Shown here: positions 9,946 through 18,437 of the stretch, piece by piece | Numbering within the stretch: position 1 is the stretch's first letter | How the letters are laid out: each line of letters opens with the position of its first letter | DNA from: Nitrospinales bacterium | GTDB taxonomy: Bacteria; Nitrospinota; Nitrospinia; Nitrospinales; VA-1 | Reading direction: 5' to 3' | DNA length: 64,000 nucleotides | Assembly: GCA_965223795.1 (NCBI GenBank) | Contig: CBDCXL010000002.1 | Coordinates: 224,001-288,000 of the forward strand | Notes under the pieces: generated by a model | The model's input: the letters and a program-made list of their open reading frames with translations, nothing else | Told to the model about the DNA's origin: nothing | Database searches by the model: none | Translations under genes and position numbers: made by a program

Positions 9946-10404
9946 TTAAGCCACGATCACGTCCGGTGCGCCTTCGTTCACGTGGTACATTGCGATCCAT
10001 TTCATGATGGCGGAGACGGCCGTCTGCTCGCCCTCCCCCGATCGGTTGAACTCTGTGGTTTCCAGCCTGAGATCCTTGGTCAGCCCGCCCATTGCGGTGT
10101 CGGCTTCCAGGGCCTTCTGCACCTCGTTGCAGATCGTGTCCAGGGTTTCCTCGGCCGAGTCCGCGCCCGATTCGATCACCACCGCCTCGATGGAAAAGGT
10201 GGGGGTGCGCTCGACTTTCAGAACACCGCCCGTGCTTGAAATCCTCTCGCCCGGATCATCTTCGGTGTAGATGAACAGGCCGGGAAGCATCGAATCATCA
10301 ATCTGGAAAACCCGGTTTTGGAACACATTCGACCCCGTGGTGGTCAGGCCGGTGACGGCGGTTTCAATCGCGTCGCGGATCTGCTTTCGTGCGTGGTCGG
10401 GCAT
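9946..10404 (-). CDS. Tail terminator (gpU-like)
   Basis: HARKQIRDAI...NVFQNR...LP...LDTICNEVQKAL. Confidence 0.75.
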   Translation of the reverse strand: MPDHARKQIRDAIETAVTGLTTTGSNVFQNRVFQIDDSMLPGLFIYTEDDPGERISSTGGVLKVERTPTFSIEAVVIESGADSAEETLDTICNEVQKALEADTAMGGLTKDLRLETTEFNRSGEGEQTAVSAIMKWIAMYHVNEGAPDVIVA

Positions 10405-10407
10405 GGT

Positions 10408-10716
10408 TCACACTTTCTTGAGGCGCAGGGTGGCCCAGCCGGTGCCGTCGTCCTCGATTTTTGATTTGATGCGGTAATTCATGGAATTGATCACCACCAG
10501 GTCGCCCTCGACGGCTCCGGCGACATCGGCCAGAGGGCAACCGAACTCCGGCTGTTTTTGGATGGCCGGAACTTCGCCGCCGAGATCGACCGGGACGGAT
10601 TCGTTGTCGAAGATCCCCTTGACGGCCGTGGGCACACTCATGATTGTGATCGTGGCCGTGGTGCCGAAATCGTTCTCGTTCGTGAAAACGGTGAAATCTT
10701 CCGTGAAGGGCATCAA
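10408..10716 (-). CDS. Head-tail joining protein (gpFII-like)
   Basis: DFGTTAT...VKGIFD...DDGTGWATLRL. Confidence 0.75.
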   Translation of the reverse strand: MMPFTEDFTVFTNENDFGTTATITIMSVPTAVKGIFDNESVPVDLGGEVPAIQKQPEFGCPLADVAGAVEGDLVVINSMNYRIKSKIEDDGTGWATLRLKKV

Positions 10717-11081
10717 TGGTGCCTTTCCAATTTTTTAACCCGCTCTTCCATCACAGGGTGACCGGCTTTGCTGATATGCGCATCGAACTTGGATTGCAGA
10801 TCCGCGATGCTGTTCTTGTTCACTTCAATCTGAATCCCGGCTTCCGCCAGCTGCCGGATGTACTCGCCCGCCGTGTCCGAAACGGTTTTATCCAGCTTGC
10901 GAAACTCGCGCAGGGTCTCCTTGTGATTTTCGGCCACGGTCTTTTGCAAGTCCCCGAAACCTGTCACAAGCCATCCAATCACGGCCACAACGGAGATGCC
11001 GCTTGTGCCTTTGCCCCAGTGCCTCTTGATGGCACCCTGCACCGGCCCGCATTTTTCCTTTTCCTGCTGTTCCTCCGCCAC
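10713..11081 (-). CDS. Hypothetical single-TM coiled-coil protein
   Basis: Hydrophobic GISVVAVIGWLVTGF followed by heptad-rich helix; SD upstream of GTG. Confidence 0.65.
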   Translation of the reverse strand: MAEEQQEKEKCGPVQGAIKRHWGKGTSGISVVAVIGWLVTGFGDLQKTVAENHKETLREFRKLDKTVSDTAGEYIRQLAEAGIQIEVNKNSIADLQSKFDAHISKAGHPVMEERVKKLERHH

Positions 11082-11119
11082 GTTTCCCCCTTCCGTTTCC
11101 GCGTGAAACCAGGTTGAAA

Positions 11120-13180
11120 TTAAGGCGCGTCTCTCAAGTCGGTGGTCACAAAATAGTGCAGCTCAACTTCAATGCTTTCACTCGCGCCGCCGATGGTCCC
11201 GCCTGCGGTGGACGCATCGGTCATCGCGCAAAGAACGATGTCCCGCGTGTTCCCCGTAAAAAAGTTATTCATCTTCCGGCCTTTTGAATTCTTGGTGAGC
11301 CCCGTGGTTTCGGTCAGCTCGTCTGGATCGGTGCAGTCATCGTGAGCCAGGCCGAAACGGTCCGCACCGCTGGCACCCGTTATTGCCGTGTTTGCCCGGA
11401 TGGCCGCGCCGAAAATGTGGGACTGGCTGGGGATGTCGTCGATCACGATGAAGGATGCCGCGGCGGTGGACACATCGACGTTCACGCGGGATTTTTTCAG
11501 GTAAAAGATTTCGCCTTTCCAGTCGGTTGTGTCGAGGTTCGCCGTGCCCGCGGTCCCGTATACGTTTTCCAGGGCGTGGATGTGCCGGGAATCGCCGGTG
11601 AAGGTCCCCGCGAACGTGGCGCCGGTCTTGGCGATGGTGTTGCCTTTGGCATTTATCACGGCGTCCTGGGTTGCGGCGTAGACTTGAAGGTGGTTCGACG
11701 TGTTGGATTTGAGGGTGCTGCCGAAGATGTTGAACGGTCCGCGCCAGCCGAATTCCAGGATGCGGTTGTCGGTCGGCGGGTTGTCGGCGTCCATGTGGAA
11801 GCGGTGGTCAATGATATTGACCGGGAAATTCACGCTCGATTCGCCGTCGGCCCCGAACATTCCCAGGCGGCCGGTTCCCTCAGACAGGCAGGACTGAATG
11901 TAGATCGTGTCCGCCGGATTTTTTACATAGAAATCGGATACGTTGTTCTGCGCTTCGCAGTTTTCGATCTTGAAGGAGCCGCCGTTTCCGGCCTGGCCGC
12001 CGCCGGTCCCCAGCGCGGTGGTGACCCCATAGGGGCCATCGGCGCGGTCATCCCCGGTCGCCCAATCGAACGCAAGAAATGTGGATTCATCTCCGACGAC
12101 GCGCAGATTTTCGTACAAATTGTTTTTCGCCTGGCTGTGCTCCTGCGACACCCCCGCCAGCGTGTAATTGATGAATTCGCAATCTTCGCAATGGTGGAAA
12201 TCGTTGTTGCCGTCCGGTCCGTCCCCGGCCGGCGTGAGAGTCGCGCCCACGGAATCGCCGTCCACCAGGCGCATGCCGTACTTGCACCACCCGTTGCTGG
12301 TGCAGTCGGCGCGGATTCGCTTTAAGGTTCCGTAACGCGTGGTGTGGCCGTCCAGAGTTTCCAGCTGAAACACCGCACCCAGGGCCGAGGATGCGGTGAT
12401 CGAGATGTCATGGAAATGCGGAAATTTCAGGCCGCGCAAGCGGAACAGCGGCTTGTCCGCATCATCCAGGTCGGCGATGAACTGACAGCCACCGGTCCCG
12501 CCGGTGTTGGTGGAGCCCGGCCGGTTGGAGCCGAACGAAAACGGCGGATTCTGCGAGGCCCATTTGAAATCCAGGGTGTCGGTGATCCGGTAACGGCCGT
12601 CCTTGCAATGGATCCTTCCCGAAATCCCGCTGTCTTCCAGCTCGGTGATCGCGTCGTGCCAGCATTGATAGGCATCGGTCACGCCATCGTCCGGGCAGTC
12701 GGGCTCCGTCGTCTCTCCAAAGCCGATCTCCGGAGGCTGAGAACTGGCGATGTCCACATTGTAGGATTCCGTCACGATCGCGGAACAGTTCAACGTGGTG
12801 GAGTGCTCGTGCTGGATGTTGTAGGTCATGCCTGTGTGCACGACCAGGTGGTCGATGATCTTCTCGCCGGCACGGATCTTTTTGCCGCGGTTCAGGTAGA
12901 CTGTTTTCTGCACAGCATTGAAGGTCTGCACCACCTTGACCACGGTGGAGCTGGGGCACTCGATCTGGAGCGTGTGCTTTACCGGAAACTCGGTGTGCAG
13001 AAAGACACCGCCGGCCTTTCTTTCGGCCGATGTCGATTTGTCCAGATCCGAGGCGAACCAGTCCGCATTGGCGGCCGTGGCGACGGCATCCCATTTTTTG
13101 GCGATCTCAAGGGTTTGGGCAAAGCCTATGGACGGTAGCAGGAGGATTGAAAGCAGAATGAATGAGAATATTTTTTTCAT
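11120..13180 (-). CDS. Exported pectate-lyase-like beta-helix protein (putative polysaccharide depolymerase)
   Basis: Sec signal MKKIFSFILLSILLLPSIGFA; DDGVTDAYQCWHDAI...IHCKDGRYRITDTL resembles the Pectate_lyase_3 start. Confidence 0.7.
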   Translation of the reverse strand: MKKIFSFILLSILLLPSIGFAQTLEIAKKWDAVATAANADWFASDLDKSTSAERKAGGVFLHTEFPVKHTLQIECPSSTVVKVVQTFNAVQKTVYLNRGKKIRAGEKIIDHLVVHTGMTYNIQHEHSTTLNCSAIVTESYNVDIASSQPPEIGFGETTEPDCPDDGVTDAYQCWHDAITELEDSGISGRIHCKDGRYRITDTLDFKWASQNPPFSFGSNRPGSTNTGGTGGCQFIADLDDADKPLFRLRGLKFPHFHDISITASSALGAVFQLETLDGHTTRYGTLKRIRADCTSNGWCKYGMRLVDGDSVGATLTPAGDGPDGNNDFHHCEDCEFINYTLAGVSQEHSQAKNNLYENLRVVGDESTFLAFDWATGDDRADGPYGVTTALGTGGGQAGNGGSFKIENCEAQNNVSDFYVKNPADTIYIQSCLSEGTGRLGMFGADGESSVNFPVNIIDHRFHMDADNPPTDNRILEFGWRGPFNIFGSTLKSNTSNHLQVYAATQDAVINAKGNTIAKTGATFAGTFTGDSRHIHALENVYGTAGTANLDTTDWKGEIFYLKKSRVNVDVSTAAASFIVIDDIPSQSHIFGAAIRANTAITGASGADRFGLAHDDCTDPDELTETTGLTKNSKGRKMNNFFTGNTRDIVLCAMTDASTAGGTIGGASESIEVELHYFVTTDLRDAP

Positions 13181-13245
13181 TAGATTTTGGTGAAATGGCC
13201 CGCCACCTTAATCGGTGGCAGGCCTGGTTTCAATTCAGTGAAAAC

Positions 13246-13683
13246 TTAAACGGGCAGCTCGGTTTTTCCGCCTTTGACTGCCGTGACGGCGAGCGGGGTC
13301 CCGTTCGTGTGCGTTCCGATGACGTTGATCCGGACGCGCACGTACCGCTTTTTCCCGCGGTACTGGCCCTGGACAACGGTCTGGTCCTTGGTGGCATCGT
13401 CCATGACGTAGAACGTGCCCACCTGGGCTCCGGTAACGGCGTCTCGGACTTCCGCGTCAGGGACGTTGACGAAAGTCGAATTGTCATCCGAGTGCTGCAT
13501 GTAGAATTCCATTTTCACGGAACCTGACAGCGTATCACCGCTCAAACCCAGGTTGCAGTTGAAAAGGATGCTGTTGAAATCCTTCATGTCATGACCAAAG
13601 CCGGTTTCATCGCTGGTCACAACCCTTCCGTCCAGTGCCTTTTCGAACGACAGGCTGGTCAAAAGATCCTTTGCTGGAAACAT
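13246..13683 (-). CDS. Putative capsid decoration/cement protein
   Basis: MQHSDDNSTF...YRGKKRYVRV pattern; just downstream of capsid. Confidence 0.65.
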   Translation of the reverse strand: MFPAKDLLTSLSFEKALDGRVVTSDETGFGHDMKDFNSILFNCNLGLSGDTLSGSVKMEFYMQHSDDNSTFVNVPDAEVRDAVTGAQVGTFYVMDDATKDQTVVQGQYRGKKRYVRVRINVIGTHTNGTPLAVTAVKGGKTELPV

Positions 13684-13735
13684 GGAGTTTTTCCTTTCTA
13701 TGAGAATTCAGGGAATGAACTGAGATCCACTGAAT

Positions 13736-14035
13736 TTATTTTTTGTTTTTCTTGCCCTCTTCTTCTTCCTGTTTGGCCTGCTGCTCGCGCTGTTTTTTGG
13801 CTTCGGCCTCGGCCTTTTCTTTTGCAGGGCGTTCGGCTTCGCGTTTCCTGGCCAGAGCGGCTTTTTCTTCCTCGATCTTTTTCAGGATCGGAGCCATTTC
13901 CGCTTCGGTGCAGGCGCGCGCCTTCTGGTTGTGGATGAGCGTCCGGCCGTCGCTGTCGGAAACCTCAACCGGCTCCGGTCCGGCCATCAATGGCCTGCCG
14001 GACACGAAGGTGTTGGCTGTGATGATCAGGTGCAT
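13736..14035 (-). CDS. Hypothetical head-associated protein
   Basis: 99 aa, charged C-terminus, SD upstream, follows capsid. Confidence 0.65.
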   Translation of the reverse strand: MHLIITANTFVSGRPLMAGPEPVEVSDSDGRTLIHNQKARACTEAEMAPILKKIEEEKAALARKREAERPAKEKAEAEAKKQREQQAKQEEEEGKKNKK

Positions 14036-14090
14036 GGTTTTTCTCCTGGTTACCGGGTTTTTGTTTTCAGTTCAGTTCAAGGGCTTCCGA

Positions 14091-16112
14091 TTACGCCGGG
14101 TCCGCGTCGAGCATGGCCGACATCGAAGCCGCGCGCCGGAGCACGGTGTCCACGTCGCGGAAATTCACGATCCGGATGGTGCCGGTGTTGCTGCCCGTGT
14201 ACGGATCGACCAGGACATCCAGGACGCCCCAGTAACCGATGATCAGATCCGCCCAGTTACCAAACAGGATGTAGGACAGGTTCGTCCCGCTTCCCTTGGC
14301 AATGTTGGTCGGGATCTGGTTGGACACGCCCACCCGGTATCCGTTCATGGTGACAAAGCCGTCCTGCATGTTGCGCTCGTCGATGATGAACGGCAGGTTG
14401 GTGCCTTTCTGGGTGGTCTTGAGCTTGCCGACGATCTTGGAGCTGGTCAAATAGCCCAGGGTTCCGAGCAGTGCGTTGGCGTTGGCGGCTTGGGTTTCCA
14501 GATCGACCACGTGCGCCCAGGTGGGGGCCGCGCCGTCCGTGCCGCCGACCACCGAACCGATGCCGGTGATGTTGACGATGCCGCGCGGTTCGCCGTTGGC
14601 ACCGGCACCGGTCAGAGCGGCCAGATCGATCATGAGCGCCAGGACGGTTGCGAGATCCATTCGGACAAACGCCTCGACATCGAGGCTCGACTGCGAGATG
14701 AGCCTGCGGGAAATGTCGGTGTACGCGCCCACGGTGTGCGGCGTCATTCCGATCTGCCCCAGGACCTGCTGGCTTTCGGTCGGCGCTTCGCCCTCGTTCA
14801 GCCAGTACCCGGTGGCCGCGCCGGTGTGCTTGGGAATCGCCACATCGCCCTGCAGGCCGTCCATCTGGAAAGCGCCCATCCTGGCGACCATCATGGAATT
14901 GCGCAGCAGCTCCACGAAAGACATGTTCTGCAGGCCGACCAGGTAGCCGCCCGCAGTGGCGATGTCGGTGGTCAGATCGCGCCGGCCGCCGAGCCTGGCG
15001 ATCTGTTCCAGCGAACGTGTCATGAAATCATCCGAGATCATGGGCCGAGAGCGCAGGACTTCCAGCGGAACCATGAAGCCGGGGCCGCCGCGATTGGATT
15101 TGAATTTTTTCTCGCAGGCCTGGGAAACCTCCTGCTCGAACGGAGCATCCCGCATGTCGCCTTTCTCCATCACGGACCGGGCGGCCCGAAGGAAGGAGAA
15201 TTCCCGAGTTTCCTTTTCCGAAAGACCCAACTCCGGATCGGTTTCGATCGGCTTGGCGTTCATCACCTCGGTCAACATTTTTTCGCGGAACGCTTCGAGG
15301 GTCGTACTGTCGGCGATGGCTTTCTGCGCTTCTTCGCGCTTGCCGAGTTTTTCCCCGATGGCGTTGATCTCCTTGATCCGGTCCTTTTCCTGGGCTCGGG
15401 CGAGTTCCCGGATCTTCGCTTTTTCCTCTTCCGCCTTGCGCTTGGCCTCTTCGGCTTCCTTTTTCTTCCGCTCTTCGTCCTGGACCCGTTTGCGCTCTTC
15501 GGCCTGGATTCTCTTTTTTTCTTCCTCGTCCATCGGCTTGCTCCTTTCGATTATGTTTTCCGGTGTTTCTTCACGGCCGACACCCACGGTGGCATCCGCG
15601 GGAATGGAAACCATGCTGATTTCAAACGGCTCCCAATCGGTAATGCGAAACACAGAAGGTTCGTTCTTTTTTTCTTTTTCCAGAATCACTTCGTGCACCA
15701 TGTATCCAACGGATACTTTTTTCCGGATGCCGTCCAAGACATCCTGAAACACTTCTTCGGCTCGCGCGCTTTTGCCAAAGCGCACCACGGCCCGCCCCAT
15801 GCGGTCATGTCCGATGGTGATGGACTCGATCACGCCCACATGATCGCGGCGGTCGTGTTCCACCAGTAACGGCCCTCCTTCTTTCAGCCTGCCAAGCCTG
15901 ATTGACTTTGAGCTGTGATCGAGAATTTCCACATGGAAAAATCGTTCCACGGGTTCCTCGGATGAAAACGCAAGACTGACAGTTCGTTTTTCCTCGTCAA
16001 TGTCTTCCCGCTTGATGAGGGAATCCCGAAACTGTTTTTTGCCTTTTATGTCGCAATCCCGTTTCCGGAATTCGGCTTTATTCTTTTTTTTCATCGCCCT
16101 TTTCTTCGTCAT
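14091..16112 (-). CDS. Fused prohead protease and HK97-fold major capsid protein
   Basis: LAFSSEEPVER..EILDH..PLLVEHD..VSVGY..WEPFEISMVSIPAD protease; GGYLV, ISRRLISQS, FGNWADL capsid. Confidence 0.95.
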   Translation of the reverse strand: MTKKRAMKKKNKAEFRKRDCDIKGKKQFRDSLIKREDIDEEKRTVSLAFSSEEPVERFFHVEILDHSSKSIRLGRLKEGGPLLVEHDRRDHVGVIESITIGHDRMGRAVVRFGKSARAEEVFQDVLDGIRKKVSVGYMVHEVILEKEKKNEPSVFRITDWEPFEISMVSIPADATVGVGREETPENIIERSKPMDEEEKKRIQAEERKRVQDEERKKKEAEEAKRKAEEEKAKIRELARAQEKDRIKEINAIGEKLGKREEAQKAIADSTTLEAFREKMLTEVMNAKPIETDPELGLSEKETREFSFLRAARSVMEKGDMRDAPFEQEVSQACEKKFKSNRGGPGFMVPLEVLRSRPMISDDFMTRSLEQIARLGGRRDLTTDIATAGGYLVGLQNMSFVELLRNSMMVARMGAFQMDGLQGDVAIPKHTGAATGYWLNEGEAPTESQQVLGQIGMTPHTVGAYTDISRRLISQSSLDVEAFVRMDLATVLALMIDLAALTGAGANGEPRGIVNITGIGSVVGGTDGAAPTWAHVVDLETQAANANALLGTLGYLTSSKIVGKLKTTQKGTNLPFIIDERNMQDGFVTMNGYRVGVSNQIPTNIAKGSGTNLSYILFGNWADLIIGYWGVLDVLVDPYTGSNTGTIRIVNFRDVDTVLRRAASMSAMLDADPA

Positions 16113-17601
16113 CGTCTTCCTCTTCGTCGGGTTCGTTGTTCTGGTTTGCAGCCGGTTTCGCGGACTGGAATTCCACTCCTTTTTCCTTCATCAGCTCGCG
16201 CTCTTTCACGATCTCGTCCAGCAGTTCCTCAAAGTCGATGCCCTGGTCGGCCAGCACACGGGTGCGCGTGGTCAACCCGCCCTGGATCTCTTCATTTTTG
16301 GCTTTGACTTCTTTCTGGGGATCGACCCAGGCCCAGCCGCGCGGCTTCCAGCTGGCCGCGTCGAACTTGTTGAACCTGGAAAAAGGGATGTTGCTGAGAG
16401 GTCCGCCGAGCAAAGCCTGGCCGAGAAAATTGATCGTGCCGCCGGAATAGACTTCCTGATTGAAATTCTCGGCCATCCAGAATTGAATGCACCGCCAGTC
16501 GTCGCGCTCTTCGAGCTTACCGGCCCGGATGCTGGAAAAATTCACGCCCTCCAGGTCGTTCGCCAGGGTGTTGTACGAAACCCCGACGCCGGATGCCGCG
16601 CCGCGAAGCATTGCTTTGACAAACAGGCCGAATGCGTTGTTCGGGTGCTGGGGATCGAAGGCGTGGACTTTCTGCCCTTCCTTCAAGACTCTCCATTCGC
16701 CCGGCTCGACTTCCTCCAGCTGGTTTCCGTCATTGTCTTGCCGGTCGCCGGTGTATTTGGAACCGGGGGCCTGTTCGATGAATCCCATCTTTGCGGCCGC
16801 GATGCGTGAAGCGACCATTTCCGAATTTTCATAGCCGCCGAGCATTTTCAGCCGAACCATGGCCGTGTGCATCCAGGGCACGCCGCGTGGCTGATTGGTC
16901 CGGCTCGGAATGAATCCGTGGATCATTTCCCCGGCGGGAATGCGGATTTTCTTGCGCGTCGCGTCGCGCGTGCTTTGGGGGTGGCGCTCCCAGATGTGAT
17001 AGGCAACGGGCCGGTTCCACTTGTCGAACTCGATCCCGAACCGGATGCGGTTCCCGTTTGAAAGGTTGGTGTTGTGATTGTGGTCCAGCTGGTCGATATC
17101 GATGAACTGCAGCGAGAATCGAAACTCGTTCGGGAACGGAACCTTTCTGACCAGGCATTCGCCATCAGTAGCCACGGTTTCAATGAACAGGTTCTGGCAA
17201 TCGATCCAGGAAAGACGGCCGTCTACCGTGGCGGTGTTTTTTCTTCCCCATCGTGTGAACAGCTCTTCGATCATCCGGTTGTCCTGCACATCCGGTGTTC
17301 CGTCGTCGCGCCTGGCTTTCATCTGCAACCGGATTCCACGCCATCCCACCACGTTGCGCTTCACGATCCGCATCACGTTTTTGCCGTAGTCGTTGTTCTG
17401 AACAAGTTCGCGGGACCGGCCCCGGATGCGATCCAGCGTGTTCAGTTCTTCTTCCGGTGAAAGAATCTGGCCAATGAAGTCGGAAAGCAGATCGTTCAAT
17501 TTACCGGCATCGTAGGCCCGAACCGCTTTCACTTTTTGAATGGGGGCATAGCCCATTTTGGCAAATCCTTTTTGAATGATTCTTTTGAGTTTCAGGGCCA
17601 T
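16078..17601 (-). CDS. Portal protein, lambda gpB family
   Basis: RGRSRELVQNN, GIEFDKWNRPVAY, QPRGVPW, NFSSIRAG, WVDPQKE. Confidence 0.95.
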   Translation of the reverse strand: MALKLKRIIQKGFAKMGYAPIQKVKAVRAYDAGKLNDLLSDFIGQILSPEEELNTLDRIRGRSRELVQNNDYGKNVMRIVKRNVVGWRGIRLQMKARRDDGTPDVQDNRMIEELFTRWGRKNTATVDGRLSWIDCQNLFIETVATDGECLVRKVPFPNEFRFSLQFIDIDQLDHNHNTNLSNGNRIRFGIEFDKWNRPVAYHIWERHPQSTRDATRKKIRIPAGEMIHGFIPSRTNQPRGVPWMHTAMVRLKMLGGYENSEMVASRIAAAKMGFIEQAPGSKYTGDRQDNDGNQLEEVEPGEWRVLKEGQKVHAFDPQHPNNAFGLFVKAMLRGAASGVGVSYNTLANDLEGVNFSSIRAGKLEERDDWRCIQFWMAENFNQEVYSGGTINFLGQALLGGPLSNIPFSRFNKFDAASWKPRGWAWVDPQKEVKAKNEEIQGGLTTRTRVLADQGIDFEELLDEIVKERELMKEKGVEFQSAKPAANQNNEPDEEEDDDEEKGDEKKE

Positions 17602-18167
17602 GAAACGAAGCGGGTCCGGACCTTGTTCCCTGTCTTCAATCCTTTTTCAAGCTCCAGGGCATCCTTTTCCGACTCATAGAGGTTTTTGAAATGGTTGTGC
17701 GCGGCGATCCGCTCTTCCCAGCTCATGTGCTGGATGGATCGATTGTTGATGCTGTACGAAAGCTGCAAATCCGAAGCGCGGCCTTGAAGGGCGGCTTCCA
17801 GGGCATCGAGGATGATTTTGACCCAGCTGCGGTCGTCGAAGGTGGCCGCGGCTGTTGCGAGATTGCGCAGGACCTGAATGATTCCGCGATCCACCCGTTT
17901 TCGCTCGGAACCGCTCGTCATGTAGGCGTCCCAGGAGTAATCCCCGGCGTTCCATCCGGAGGTTGTGGTAGCCGGAACTGTCACGGAATGATCGTCGCCG
18001 TCGGCCGTGGCGGTAAGTGTGATGGATCCGCCGGAATCCTTGCTCCGCAATTCATAGGTGAGCGTCCAGGTGGAGGCGGGGTAATCGGAAAAGGAGCGTT
18101 TCCATTTCAGGGTGTCGCCTGAAACGATCTTGGTGGGCTCTCTGTCGAGGATTGGGATTCCGGTCAT
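17592..18167 (-). CDS. Head-tail adaptor (gpW position)
   Basis: GDTLKW...YPASTWTLTY...SYSINNRSI; between terminase and portal. Confidence 0.7.
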   Translation of the reverse strand: MTGIPILDREPTKIVSGDTLKWKRSFSDYPASTWTLTYELRSKDSGGSITLTATADGDDHSVTVPATTTSGWNAGDYSWDAYMTSGSERKRVDRGIIQVLRNLATAAATFDDRSWVKIILDALEAALQGRASDLQLSYSINNRSIQHMSWEERIAAHNHFKNLYESEKDALELEKGLKTGNKVRTRFVSWP

Positions 18168-18172
18168 GGGCC

Positions 18173-18214
18173 AAAAAAAAACGCCGCTCCCGCCCGGGTG
18201 GGCAGAAACGGCGT
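18173..18214 (-). terminator. Intrinsic terminator-like hairpin inside the late operon
   Basis: Minus strand ACGCCGtttctGCCCacccGGGCgggagCGGCGT followed by a long T run. Confidence 0.6.
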
Positions 18215-18239
18215 CCTTGTTATCGGGTTGCCTACAATA

Positions 18240-18437
18240 TTAAAAAATCAGCTTCTTATCGGTCGGCGGTTTTGGTTTACATGGCCTTTTCCTTTTTTTT
18301 TGGAATAAATCGTAAGATGCGATTTCCTTCTGATTGATGTGCAGGGTGACCGAACCCGTGAAATTTTCCCTGATTATACCTGAACGCACAAGCGTTTGGA
18401 ATATTTCGTCCAGCGCCTTCTCTTCGTTCACTTCCAT
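18240..18437 (-). CDS. Small DUF2292/YezD-like protein
   Basis: 65 aa, FTGSVTLHINQKEI motif; overlaps terminase stop. Confidence 0.55.
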   Translation of the reverse strand: MEVNEEKALDEIFQTLVRSGIIRENFTGSVTLHINQKEIASYDLFQKKRKRPCKPKPPTDKKLIF

